64,000 nucleotides of DNA from NCBI GenBank assembly GCA_963764725.1, contig CAVXTM010000016.1, positions 160,001 through 224,000 of the forward strand, in the 5' to 3' direction. The position numbers were made by a program, and so were the translations under genes. Position 1 is the first letter of the stretch. Every line of letters begins with the position of its first letter. The notes below the pieces were generated by a model, which saw only the letters and a program-made list of their open reading frames with translations, was not told the DNA's origin and made no database searches. Of the stretch, positions 41,235 to 49,973 are shown one piece after another. The stretch comes from an uncultured Gammaproteobacteria bacterium. Its GTDB lineage: Bacteria; Pseudomonadota; Gammaproteobacteria; JACCXJ01.

Positions 41235-41618
41235 TTGCCCTTCCAACGAAATAGTGTAACAACTTTGTGTTATTTTGCCGCAATGTTAGCCAGTGTGAGT
41301 TTTGCAGGAGAGCCGACGCCTGCGACGACGCTCGAGATTGCACATCTGTTTTCGTATTTACAGGCCTCCGGGTGTCAATTTTATCGAAATGGAACTTGGT
41401 ATGGTTCGAGTGAGGCAGTGAGCCATCTAAACAAGAAGTACCGGTATCTACTGGGAAAAGGGCTGGTGACGTCTTCTGAAGCCTTCATCGAAACACTTGC
41501 ATCAGAAAGCAGTATGAGTGGCCGAGCCTATCGCGTACGGTGTGGATCAAATCCAGCCGTGAACAGCGCCGATTGGTTTGGAGCTGAGCTGGAAAAATAC
41601 CGTAAAGGAAGGCACTGA
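41235..41618 (+). CDS. DUF5329 (YfeK-like) exported protein; start uncertain
   Basis: EIAHL...SGCQFYRNGTWY...AVSHL.KKY...FIE..AS.SSMSG.AY.V.C. Confidence 0.8.
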   Translation: MPFQRNSVTTLCYFAAMLASVSFAGEPTPATTLEIAHLFSYLQASGCQFYRNGTWYGSSEAVSHLNKKYRYLLGKGLVTSSEAFIETLASESSMSGRAYRVRCGSNPAVNSADWFGAELEKYRKGRH

Positions 41619-41785
41619 TGGCGCAAAACGGGGGCATGGTCCGGCGGATTGCCGGGGATCCCGACCTCATTCAACAGAGTGAGGCTCGTGTGATTCCTAC
41701 CGGAGGGAACGTGATCTACGCGAGAGATGACTATCTAAGGCGCGAGTTTGATTCTTCGGCACCCCATCCGCTCAAGTGGGCAGCC

Positions 41786-43330
41786 ATGCGTGCTGCCGTG
41801 CTTGTTCGATCATGCATGCTGCTGATGTTGGTGGGCGTGCTCTTCACCGGCTGTGCCAGCGTGCCGAAAGATTACCCCCGCACGCCCTCTACGGCCTTCC
41901 CGGATTACGCGAGCACCGCGATTGGAGCCTACTTCGAGAAGGCGGCCGCCAGTCATCCGGGCCAGTCGGGCTTCGCGATCGTCCCCGATGGGCGCCGGGC
42001 GTTTACCGGGCGGATTGCGATGACCGAGCTGGCGGAAAAGACCCTGGATCTGCAGTATTTCAGCTGGGACGCGGACGCCACCGGCGGGATCCTGGCCGAG
42101 CGCCTGGTTCGGGCCGCCGATCGGGGCGTGCGGGTACGCCTCCTGGTGGATGATCTGAACCTCCAGGGCCGTGACGCCGTCGTCGCCGCCCTGGATGCGC
42201 ACCCGAAAATCGAAATCCGCCTCTTCAATCCCTTCGTCCATCGTTCGGCGCATTTACTGGACTTCATCGCCGACTTCGGTCGCGTCAACCACCGCATGCA
42301 CAATAAGCTCTTCGTCATGGACAACGCGGTCGCGATCGTGGGCGGTCGCAACATCGGCAACCACTATTTCGAGGTCCATCAGCAGGTCAACTTCCGCGAC
42401 CTAGACGCCGTCGCGGTCGGACCGGTGGTGCGGGAGGCCTCCGGCGTGTTCGATCATTTCTGGAACAGTGATTGGGCGGTGCCGATCCGAGCGATGGTGG
42501 ATCGTTCCGCCACCGAGGCCGATCTGCGGAGGCTGGTGCAAACCCGGCACGAACAGATCGCCAAAGAACCCTACCCCTACCCGCTCGATGAGGATGTAGC
42601 CGGCCTCAAGTCGGAGTTGACGGCAATCTTCGACGCCTTGATCTGGGCGCCGGGCCATATGATCTTCGACGACCCGAATGAGATCAAAAAATACGGGCGC
42701 ACGACCACGATGACGGAGGGCTTCCACCGGCGCATCGGGCGCCTTAACGGCGAGTTGCTGATCGAGGTGCCCTATCTGGTGGTCCGTGAACGGGGACTTG
42801 CGGCTGTGAAGCGTTTGCACGAACGGGGTGTCCGAATCCGGGTGCTGACTAACTCCCTGGCCTCCAACGACGTGCTGGCTGCTCACGCCGGCCATGCAGC
42901 GTACCGCAAAGAGCTCATCGCAGCCGGCGTGGAACTCTACGAGCTGCGTTCCGAGCCGGGGGTCAAAAAGCGGATCTTTTACCTGACAGGTTCGCCCCAC
43001 TCGACACTGCATAACAAAGTCATGGTGTTCGATCGCAAGGATGTGTTCATTGGCAGCCTTAATCTCGATCCTCGCTCGGGAGACATCAACACCGAGGCGG
43101 GACTTTATATCGAGAGTCCGGAGCTCGCTGCCAAGGTGATTGCCTACATGGACGAGGGTGTGCTGCCACAGAATAGTTATCGAGTCCAATTGGACGCGGA
43201 CGGTGATCTCTACTGGATCACCGAAACCAACGGGAAGACAGAGCGATACGAGGATGACCCGAACAGCACGGCCTGGCAGCGCGCTCAAGTGCGCTTCATC
43301 AGGATGCTGCCCATCAGGGACCAGCTTTGA
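41786..43330 (+). CDS. Phospholipase D family lipoprotein (ClsC/YmdC-like)
   Basis: FTGC lipobox, NHRMHNKLFVMD, TNSLASND, LHNKVMVFD...GSLNLDPRS. Confidence 0.9.
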   Translation: MRAAVLVRSCMLLMLVGVLFTGCASVPKDYPRTPSTAFPDYASTAIGAYFEKAAASHPGQSGFAIVPDGRRAFTGRIAMTELAEKTLDLQYFSWDADATGGILAERLVRAADRGVRVRLLVDDLNLQGRDAVVAALDAHPKIEIRLFNPFVHRSAHLLDFIADFGRVNHRMHNKLFVMDNAVAIVGGRNIGNHYFEVHQQVNFRDLDAVAVGPVVREASGVFDHFWNSDWAVPIRAMVDRSATEADLRRLVQTRHEQIAKEPYPYPLDEDVAGLKSELTAIFDALIWAPGHMIFDDPNEIKKYGRTTTMTEGFHRRIGRLNGELLIEVPYLVVRERGLAAVKRLHERGVRIRVLTNSLASNDVLAAHAGHAAYRKELIAAGVELYELRSEPGVKKRIFYLTGSPHSTLHNKVMVFDRKDVFIGSLNLDPRSGDINTEAGLYIESPELAAKVIAYMDEGVLPQNSYRVQLDADGDLYWITETNGKTERYEDDPNSTAWQRAQVRFIRMLPIRDQL

Positions 43331-43344
43331 TGCGGATCGTGTCA

Positions 43345-43373
43345 TTGACAACCCATTGGTCCATCGGTACTCT
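43345..43373 (+). promoter_or_regulatory. Promoter family A core: TTGACA-acccattGGTCCAtcgg-TACTCT
   Basis: 17-bp spacer with GGTYCA at the same offset as the other copies. Confidence 0.65.
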
Positions 43374-43436
43374 ACCGCTTGCCCAAAAGGGGGTTTGAGA
43401 TTCCTAATACTAATGATTCAGAAGGAGGAAAGAACG

Positions 43437-43847
43437 ATGAAGGTACGATACTTGGTAGCCTGTCTTGGGGTCGCGTCCGTTGTCCTTGTGGGCGCCGTGG
43501 GCAAGGCGAGAGCCGCTGACGAGTGGTTCGTGCTCGCCGAGCAGACGCTCCAGTCCGTCAATCCAAGCGTGGAGATCACGGGCGAAGAGGGGAAATTATT
43601 TAAGGAAGACATCAAGAAGACGAAGCTCTCGGTCGACGGCGCTGACGTGGAGATCTCGAAGGTCGTCCTCCACTGGAACAATATGCCAGACGACACGATC
43701 TACAATCTCGGAGTCGTGAAGTCGGGAGGAGAAACGGCTCCGAAAGACGCTCCAACACGCGAGGCGACCCTCCTGTCGGTGGCGGTCCAGTACAAGATCC
43801 TTAATAATGCGCCGACGGCCAACCTCAAGGTTTGGGGATACGACTGA
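43437..43847 (+). CDS. Secreted protein, DUF2541/YaaI-like, tandem paralog 1
   Basis: RBS, signal peptide ending ARA-ADEWFVL, C-terminus LKVWGYD. Confidence 0.75.
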   Translation: MKVRYLVACLGVASVVLVGAVGKARAADEWFVLAEQTLQSVNPSVEITGEEGKLFKEDIKKTKLSVDGADVEISKVVLHWNNMPDDTIYNLGVVKSGGETAPKDAPTREATLLSVAVQYKILNNAPTANLKVWGYD

Positions 43848-43915
43848 GCGGGTGTGAGCGCCCACCGGCCGGCGTTTGAAGTTCCATACTAAAGATCAGA
43901 AAGGAGGGAAGAACG

Positions 43916-44323
43916 ATGAAGATACGATACTTGGTGGCCTGTCTTGGGGTCGCGTCCGTCGTCCTTGTGGGCGCCGTCGGCAAGGCGAGAGCCGCTGACG
44001 AGTGGTTCGTGCTCAGCGAGACGGTGCTCAAATCTGCCGACCCAAGCGTGGAGATAAAGAGCTTGGGGGGGCGATGGGACAAGGATATCAAGCAGACAAA
44101 GTTCTCTGTCGAGGGCGCTGACCTAGAGATCGCGAAGGCCGTCCTTAGCTGGGACAATCGCCCCGACGATACGCTCACGAATCTCGGAGTCCTGAAGTCG
44201 GGAGGAGAAACGGCTCCGAAAGATGCTCCGTTACGCAAGGCGCGCCTCGAGTCGGTGACGATCCAGTACAAGATCCTTGGTGATGCACCGATTGCCACCC
44301 TCAAGGTGTGGGGATTCGACTGA
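43916..44323 (+). CDS. Secreted protein, DUF2541/YaaI-like, tandem paralog 2
   Basis: Same architecture; near-identical signal peptide and shared KSGGETAPKDAP. Confidence 0.75.
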   Translation: MKIRYLVACLGVASVVLVGAVGKARAADEWFVLSETVLKSADPSVEIKSLGGRWDKDIKQTKFSVEGADLEIAKAVLSWDNRPDDTLTNLGVLKSGGETAPKDAPLRKARLESVTIQYKILGDAPIATLKVWGFD

Positions 44324-44573
44324 GCGGGGCGTGAACGTCGACCAACCGGGTAAGTAGCCGCGATGAGCGCGGCAAAGTTGAGGTGATCGGGTCTCGGTTT
44401 GCTGGAGTCGAGCACACGGCTGTGGCGTTCACGTTCTACACGGGACGCGCGTGCGAGACTTCGGCAAACCGACGCCCGACTGCCTAGCCATGAACGGCTT
44501 CGATACCGCGCCCTCTACCCACAACGGAATCCCGCATGGGCGATGCGCATCGTTCACCTCCCTTGTGGGGTAC

Positions 44574-45203
44574 CTACTCTTTGGCCGCAACGATGGACGG
44601 CGATCCTCTCGATAAGTTGCCGCCTCTTTCCATAGCCGCAACAAGATCCTTAGCACCCGATCCCCACCGGGAGACGGCTTTGAGGGCTTCGGTGAAAGGC
44701 ACGTCCAAGGGATGCACCCGTTTCCGGTCGAGAATGTAGACGGCGCCGGCAAGCGGGGTGGGGATCGATGGGACAAAAACCGTGTAGCGCCCGTCCTCGA
44801 ACTCCTCAATGATGAATGCAGGGACGAGGGCGTCTTCGATCTCGACGAGTGCCGGCTTCCAGGTGCTCTCTTGGTCCTCCCCGGCGAGTCGCTGCGTGAG
44901 GCTTCGAAAGAGCGCGTAGCCCGGGATTCTTTGGAAGAAACCTTTCTCTATCCGCTCCCGGACCTCTCGTCCTGCCCGAGTGCGGACGGCAACGCCGATT
45001 AGAAAGCAGATCATAAGCACGAGGAGAAGGGACATAGCCTGCTCGGCTGGAAACCAGTCTGGGAGGAGCTGGGCGAATGGCCGCACCAGCTGCCCGACTG
45101 ATTTCATTCCCTTGAGCAGCACCAGGACGGCGAGGTAAATCGGAACGACAACGAGCAAGCCGGCAAGCACCGCTTTTGCGACGAATACGAGAGCCTTTTT
45201 CAT
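44574..45203 (-). CDS. DUF502 membrane protein
   Basis: GLLVVVPIYL, RIPGY, VFVPSIPTP.AG. Confidence 0.85.
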   Translation of the reverse strand: MKKALVFVAKAVLAGLLVVVPIYLAVLVLLKGMKSVGQLVRPFAQLLPDWFPAEQAMSLLLVLMICFLIGVAVRTRAGREVRERIEKGFFQRIPGYALFRSLTQRLAGEDQESTWKPALVEIEDALVPAFIIEEFEDGRYTVFVPSIPTPLAGAVYILDRKRVHPLDVPFTEALKAVSRWGSGAKDLVAAMERGGNLSRGSPSIVAAKE

Positions 45204-45359
45204 ACACTACTTTTCTTCATTCTGGATTGGCTGAAAGGGCCGTGACTCTTGACCTCCCTGGACCTGTGGAGTCCGCGTTACATTGGGAAACCGATAAATG
45301 AGTTGTCGCAGTTTGAAACCGGCGGTGTCAACATCCGCCTCCGACTGCGCGGCAAAAGC

Positions 45360-45425
45360 CGACTCCCGGAAAGATCAAACCTTTTGAGTCCCCCGGCAGA
45401 GCCGGGGGTTTACCTACTTTAACTA
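45360..45425 (-). mobile_element. Solo IS200/IS605-like end without transposase
   Basis: GGTAAACCCCCGGCTCTGCCGGGGGACTC..AAGGTTTGA.C.TTCCGGGA hairpin, resembling IS200-type left ends (from memory). Confidence 0.55.
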
Positions 45426-45689
45426 TTAGTACTTGGTGTCCCGGGCGGTGTCCCGCGACTCCTGCTTGGTGCCGCGCTTGTCCTGTCAACATTCCGCACG
45501 GCTCTTTTCATCTCCCGCCTTGCAATCAGCCTTCGCGTCCCTTGCGCCCTGGCGGCCAGTCTGCTTCGTATCCCGCGCTTCCTGCCGTTGCTGACCCTGC
45601 TCGGTTGCATAGGTCGGCACCGACACCAACTGCACACCGGCGGCGATGGCCAAAGTCGCTACGGCAGTCAAATAGTTCTTACCAATCAT
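45426..45689 (-). pseudogene. Small secreted 11-aa-repeat protein with an in-frame TGA at 45486-45488
   Basis: Signal peptide, RQEARDTKQTG/RQGARDAKADC, then past the stop *QDKRGTKQES/RDTARDTKY. Confidence 0.7.
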
Positions 45690-45850
45690 GATCTCCTCCA
45701 ATTCGCGACTGCGATTAGGAATTTCAAACGCGCCTTTTATCGCCACTACTTATGCTGGAGTGTAACACCACCAGCACCGAACATGAAATCGATGCCCCGC
45801 GTCGTTGCGACGAGGTTGATGACCCACCCAGACGCCGGTCGGTCATCGGC

Positions 45851-46207
45851 TCAGCTCGGGACCTTCCACGCGCCGTCCGGCTGCTTGCAGAACGTGAACT
45901 CGCTGCGCCCCGTGAGGCCATCGGCCGCGTTCGTGAACTCGATGAGCCGGCACGGGCGGCCGGCACGGGCGAAGGACTTCTGCGGCGTTGCCGTCCCCGA
46001 ATGGCCCGTTTTGGAGTTGAGCCACGCGTTGGTTTGCCCGTCGGGCAGCTTTTCCAGGGCCTCGCGATAGTTCTTCGTCAGGAGCCGGATGTCCTCCGCG
46101 TCCATGTGCTCCATCGGCCCGCCCACGAGGAAGCCGAGGTTTTGCGCGATCGCGGCCGGCGCGAGCGTAACTGCGGCAGCGACGAGCACGCACCGGGTAA
46201 TGGTCAT
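45851..46207 (-). CDS. RT0821/Lpp0805-like surface antigen protein
   Basis: ALEKLPDGQTNAW.N.KTGHSG...CR.IEF...FCKQPDGAWK. Confidence 0.75.
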   Translation of the reverse strand: MTITRCVLVAAAVTLAPAAIAQNLGFLVGGPMEHMDAEDIRLLTKNYREALEKLPDGQTNAWLNSKTGHSGTATPQKSFARAGRPCRLIEFTNAADGLTGRSEFTFCKQPDGAWKVPS

Positions 46208-46269
46208 TTCAGTCCTCGCTCCAGGGCTGCCCGGAGGATACCCGTGCGGCCGGCGCGATCGACGTATAG

Positions 46270-46427
46270 GATTTTCCAACGTCCTTTTTCTCCTCAAAAG
46301 TGAAGGTACTGCTTAACCTGCGAAGTGTCAATCACGTGTATTCGGCCAATACATTCTGCACTGTGTAGGTGGAAGAGATGATGCCACAACCGATGCGGGG
46401 GTGTTCAGTCCCAGGGCATGATGAGGG
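46270..46427 (-). promoter_or_regulatory. Promoter family A copy (TTGACA 46331-46326, TACCTT 46308-46303) within a repeated element
   Basis: 46325..46427 is nearly identical to 14380..14480. Confidence 0.8.
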
Positions 46428-46454
46428 CGTTCGGTGTTGTACCACAGCAGCCAG

Positions 46455-46637
46455 TCACGGGCTGAATTCGTCCCCCCACACGCGCACGTTTGGCATCCCC
46501 GGCACCTGTACTTCGGATTCGAGTGCGGCCGGCGGTGGCGAATGGGGCCTCAGGGCGCTGCAACCCGCCAGGGTCGCGGCGAGTGCGAACGATAGCATCA
46601 CACGCGTCGTTCGCTTATGGGGTAGCGGTTTCGTCAT
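46455..46637 (-). pseudogene. Truncated lipoprotein N-terminus, probably a patatin-like phospholipase
   Basis: LAGC lipobox, then VQVPGMPNVRVWGDE and a stop; resembles the N-terminus of patatin lipoproteins. Confidence 0.5.
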
Positions 46638-46733
46638 AAATCGTCATCTCTGATTGAAACAGCAGCGCCGCCGTAGGAAAGGGTTAGACACGCCTTGACT
46701 TACAACACTCGCGTCCTCTGTGGGCTGGACAGC

Positions 46734-47720
46734 TCAGTACACCTTCATCAGCCCGGCCAGCACCTGGTAGTCGAAGGGGTCGGGATCTGTTACAGGCACC
46801 TCTACGGCGCCGAGTAGATACCAGTCCCGGCCCAGATGTGTGCGGAAACCCGGAGTGAAGGTCAGGGTGGTAGTGTTCGGTCCGCGATCGTCCATAAAGT
46901 TCTTCAGGTTGGTCGACAGGTACCAAACCAGATCACCAAACGGCGTGGCATCGTGCGGCGTAAAATAATAGCCTACTGCCAGATTTCCTTGGAACGTCGT
47001 GCGGGCGCCGGCCTCGTCTTTGGACTGGTCGCCGTATGGGACTTCAAAGGCAAACCCGCCGCGGACCACCATTCCCCGCCAAACGTTAGCCCAGAACTCA
47101 TAGGTCGGCGTGACCGAAGACACGCCGTTACCGTTCTCGACATCGCCCGTCGGTGTTCGGAATCTGACGTTGAACAGCTGGGTGACGTTCCGCGTTTCAG
47201 AGAGCAAAACGTTCGGTACGATCGTATAGTCGCCGAAGGAGCTGTGGTAATCGCCTCCCGCCCCCTTGTTCTTGACGAAAAACGGGATGTCATTCCGCAG
47301 CTCGAACCGCCGACTCAGTCCGTTATAGAGCGTGAGACCGCCCGTGTACTGATCGCCGTTTCCACCGAAACCGTTGGCGAACCCGAAGGTTGCGATGCCG
47401 AGCCGGTAGAACACGCCGTCGAAGGCGTTGAGCCAGCCCTGTCGCGGCGCACCTCCCTCACCGGTCGGTGGGCTCACCCAGGCCTCATCCCAGCCCTCGG
47501 TAAAAAAAGTGCCTAAGGAAAGCGCCCGCCACCTCGAGGGCTCGGCATACACGTCACCCGTCAGCGATTCGACCATTGCATCCCACACACTTCCATCCCT
47601 TGGGCGCGACTCAGCAGTATCATTCGTCATCTCCTCGGCCAAGCTCTGCGCAGGGAGCCCTCCTATCCAGAGCAGGCACTGGCCGAGCATCAACCAGCTA
47701 CGCACGCGATTCATCCTCAT
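46734..47720 (-). CDS. Putative outer-membrane beta-barrel transporter
   Basis: GGAGG RBS, signal peptide, alternating beta pattern, TPTGD..NGNG, LTFTPGFR, terminal KVY. Confidence 0.7.
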   Translation of the reverse strand: MRMNRVRSWLMLGQCLLWIGGLPAQSLAEEMTNDTAESRPRDGSVWDAMVESLTGDVYAEPSRWRALSLGTFFTEGWDEAWVSPPTGEGGAPRQGWLNAFDGVFYRLGIATFGFANGFGGNGDQYTGGLTLYNGLSRRFELRNDIPFFVKNKGAGGDYHSSFGDYTIVPNVLLSETRNVTQLFNVRFRTPTGDVENGNGVSSVTPTYEFWANVWRGMVVRGGFAFEVPYGDQSKDEAGARTTFQGNLAVGYYFTPHDATPFGDLVWYLSTNLKNFMDDRGPNTTTLTFTPGFRTHLGRDWYLLGAVEVPVTDPDPFDYQVLAGLMKVY

Positions 47721-47889
47721 GGTCTTTCTTCCTCCACATTTCTTGTCGATAGGCTCAGCTCGCTGAGCAGCCTGCATTGATGACAATCTTGGTCCCATCC
47801 TTATTGTAGATTTCAAATTCCGCGGCGGCGGCAATGCCTCCACCTGTTCTCTGGCTATTCGCCCGAAATGATATCCGGTGCCGCTTACC

Positions 47890-48615
47890 TCAGGCAAGGA
47901 GCATTTCTTTAAGACTTCGTGCGACCAACCGATGGGCAGATCGCCGTTTTTTGCCCGCGAGCAACGCCTGATTGATCTCCAGTTCCACACCGACATACCG
48001 GTCCGTCGGATGGCGCCGGCGCAGCCAGGTACAAAGACCATCAGTGGAACCCGGGTAGGGATAGTTCCGCCGTACCCGCAGCGCTGGGTCCATGGATTCC
48101 AGGGCCATTTTCCAGCGGCAGCAAAAAGCTTTTTCCCACGGGTGGCGTGAATCGTACAACAGGCCGATGTCCGCATTTCTGCGTGTTCCTCCGAGTACCG
48201 GTACAAAACTGTGCACGGCGACATGGACCACATTGGATCCCTGCGCCAGCTCGTTTTGTATATGCGTCTCCACTTTCCGGCGATGCGGCCACCAATAGCG
48301 CTCGAGAATTCCTGTCTTGTCCGCGGCTGGAAGTCCGGCAGTGTATTGCGACCAGACGCGCGGATTGGTCGGAGCGCGGTTGGATTCCACGAGCAGACGG
48401 CACCATGTCACGTAGTGAACCGGCAGGTGGAAAAACCGCCCGAGGAACCGTGCCAGGTCCAGCGCGCCTGGATCCCAGCCCCGGTGCGAATTCACTGCAG
48501 GGGCGGCGCCCCGGAAAAGGCGGGCATACTGATGCGGGATACGGTTGCCACCATGTTCGCAGGTCAGCGTCAGGCGGTCACACCGGGGCGCAGTTGGACG
48601 GGAGGATTTCGGCAT
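47890..48615 (-). CDS. N-formylglutamate amidohydrolase family protein
   Basis: LTCEHGGNRIP, SHRGWDPGA, RLLVESNR, HVAVHSF, NYPY, VELEINQ. Confidence 0.9.
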   Translation of the reverse strand: MPKSSRPTAPRCDRLTLTCEHGGNRIPHQYARLFRGAAPAVNSHRGWDPGALDLARFLGRFFHLPVHYVTWCRLLVESNRAPTNPRVWSQYTAGLPAADKTGILERYWWPHRRKVETHIQNELAQGSNVVHVAVHSFVPVLGGTRRNADIGLLYDSRHPWEKAFCCRWKMALESMDPALRVRRNYPYPGSTDGLCTWLRRRHPTDRYVGVELEINQALLAGKKRRSAHRLVARSLKEMLLA

Positions 48616-48618
48616 GGC

Positions 48619-49341
48619 CTATTTACGGAACTGCCAGTCTTTGGGCCGGATCACGAGGCAGTTCGCGTCGTCCGTGGCCGTGCCCAGGAAAATGGAGCCA
48701 ATCAAACGATAGATGCCGACCCGGTAATACTTGCTGCCATGTGCTGGGTTGTCCATGAGTGGATCCGCGATGCTAACCGTTTCATCCTGTGAACAGTATC
48801 CGCACACGACAATGAAATGACCATACACATCGCCGGTGATGTCATCGGGTCCCTGCTCCGTTTCCCGCGCGCACTGGTAGAGATAAACGCCGTTGGTGCC
48901 GGCCAGAATCGGCAGTCCCCGTTCCAGCACGCCGCCGATGCGTTGTGGGGACAGATCACCCCAAACCACCTTGCCACCCCGCTCAAGGTACTCTTCCAGG
49001 ACGGTGAGGGCGAGTGAGAAGCGGTCGTCCTTAAGCCATCCCTTGGCCTCGAAGCGCGCCCTTAACTTGGCCGCGAGGTCAGTCTTGCCCGTGAACCAGG
49101 TCGGATCCCAGTAATTCACGTTTGATACCCACATGGCGGCCTCGTAACCACGGCGCAATGCGTGCAGGGCCAGGTGCATACTCAGGGTCCCGCCACCGAT
49201 TGCGTGCTGGTGCACCTCGGAGATCACCTGCGGGAGCGTGATGTTGTCCCCGAAATAGGAATAAAGCGCGTGCAGGCTGGTGGGACCACACGTTGTGTAA
49301 TTCGGCTGGCGCTCTATGTTTACCGGAAGTTCGATATCCAT
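48619..49341 (-). CDS. Peptidase C39-like family protein
   Basis: QPNYTTCGPTSL (catalytic Cys), GHFIVVCGY, IADP. Confidence 0.85.
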   Translation of the reverse strand: MDIELPVNIERQPNYTTCGPTSLHALYSYFGDNITLPQVISEVHQHAIGGGTLSMHLALHALRRGYEAAMWVSNVNYWDPTWFTGKTDLAAKLRARFEAKGWLKDDRFSLALTVLEEYLERGGKVVWGDLSPQRIGGVLERGLPILAGTNGVYLYQCARETEQGPDDITGDVYGHFIVVCGYCSQDETVSIADPLMDNPAHGSKYYRVGIYRLIGSIFLGTATDDANCLVIRPKDWQFRK

Positions 49342-49469
49342 TTTTTATCCCAATGCATTTCTATTTTTCTCTTTAACTTCCAGAGTAAACTTATGCGTCT
49401 TGAGTTACGCGTATGGATTTGTACGTATCATGCCGTTTTTCTGCCTCGCTGCGACGTGAGCAGTGTACG

Positions 49470-49650
49470 GGTGTGTTGCGCAGCTCATCGCCGACGATGG
49501 CCATCTTGACGATCGCGTTACCATGTTCGATTAGAAAGCTGGCGTCGGCCCATTGCTCGGTCTTCTCCCACCCTCGAAAATTCTCGAGTTTCGCGAGTAG
49601 CCTTACCCCTTTGCCTTGGCCGATCAAGCCCCTAAGTCCTTCTCGACTTG
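49470..49650 (-). pseudogene. STAS/SEC14 (SpoIIAA-like) fragment
   Basis: GKGVRLLAKLENFRGWE...WADASFLIEHGNAIVKMAIVGDE; no credible start. Confidence 0.55.
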
Positions 49651-49861
49651 CCACTGATTGTAACCGGTCGCGCCGATTTCCGCGAGCCAAAGTCTGCGCC
49701 GGGTTTAGCGGAAGGTATTGACTATGCCCCAGTTGAGCGTGAACCGACTTCCCGGGGTGAAGTCCTTGTCTTCTCTCCGTCGCGCGACCTCACCTCTGTT
49801 AAGGAATGCTCATGCACGGGGACAGGCATCGAAGACCTAGCGGTGAGCGCCAAGATCCTAG

Positions 49862-49942
49862 GGCCGATGAATGGCCGAAAAGTCCCCGGTCCTGGACCCA
49901 GGACGCGCGTGTTTGACAGCTAACAGGTCCAGTCGTATCTTC
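49862..49942 (+). promoter_or_regulatory. Promoter family A copy (TTGACA 49913-49918, TATCTT 49936-49941)
   Basis: Near-identical to 41109..41190; directly upstream of sulP. Confidence 0.8.
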
Positions 49943-49973
49943 CCTTTCTATTCTCTCTTGTTGGAGATTTTTC

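Noticed and set aside
29420-45488. In-frame TGA in two genes as evidence of recoding or selenocysteine
   Set aside because: Both fit simple CGA-to-TGA changes, many genes here end at TGA normally, and no SECIS-like context was seen.
48619-49341. C39 peptidase as the FapD equivalent for the Gln-rich module
   Set aside because: Opposite strand, several kb away, no signal peptide, and coupled to the amidohydrolase gene instead.
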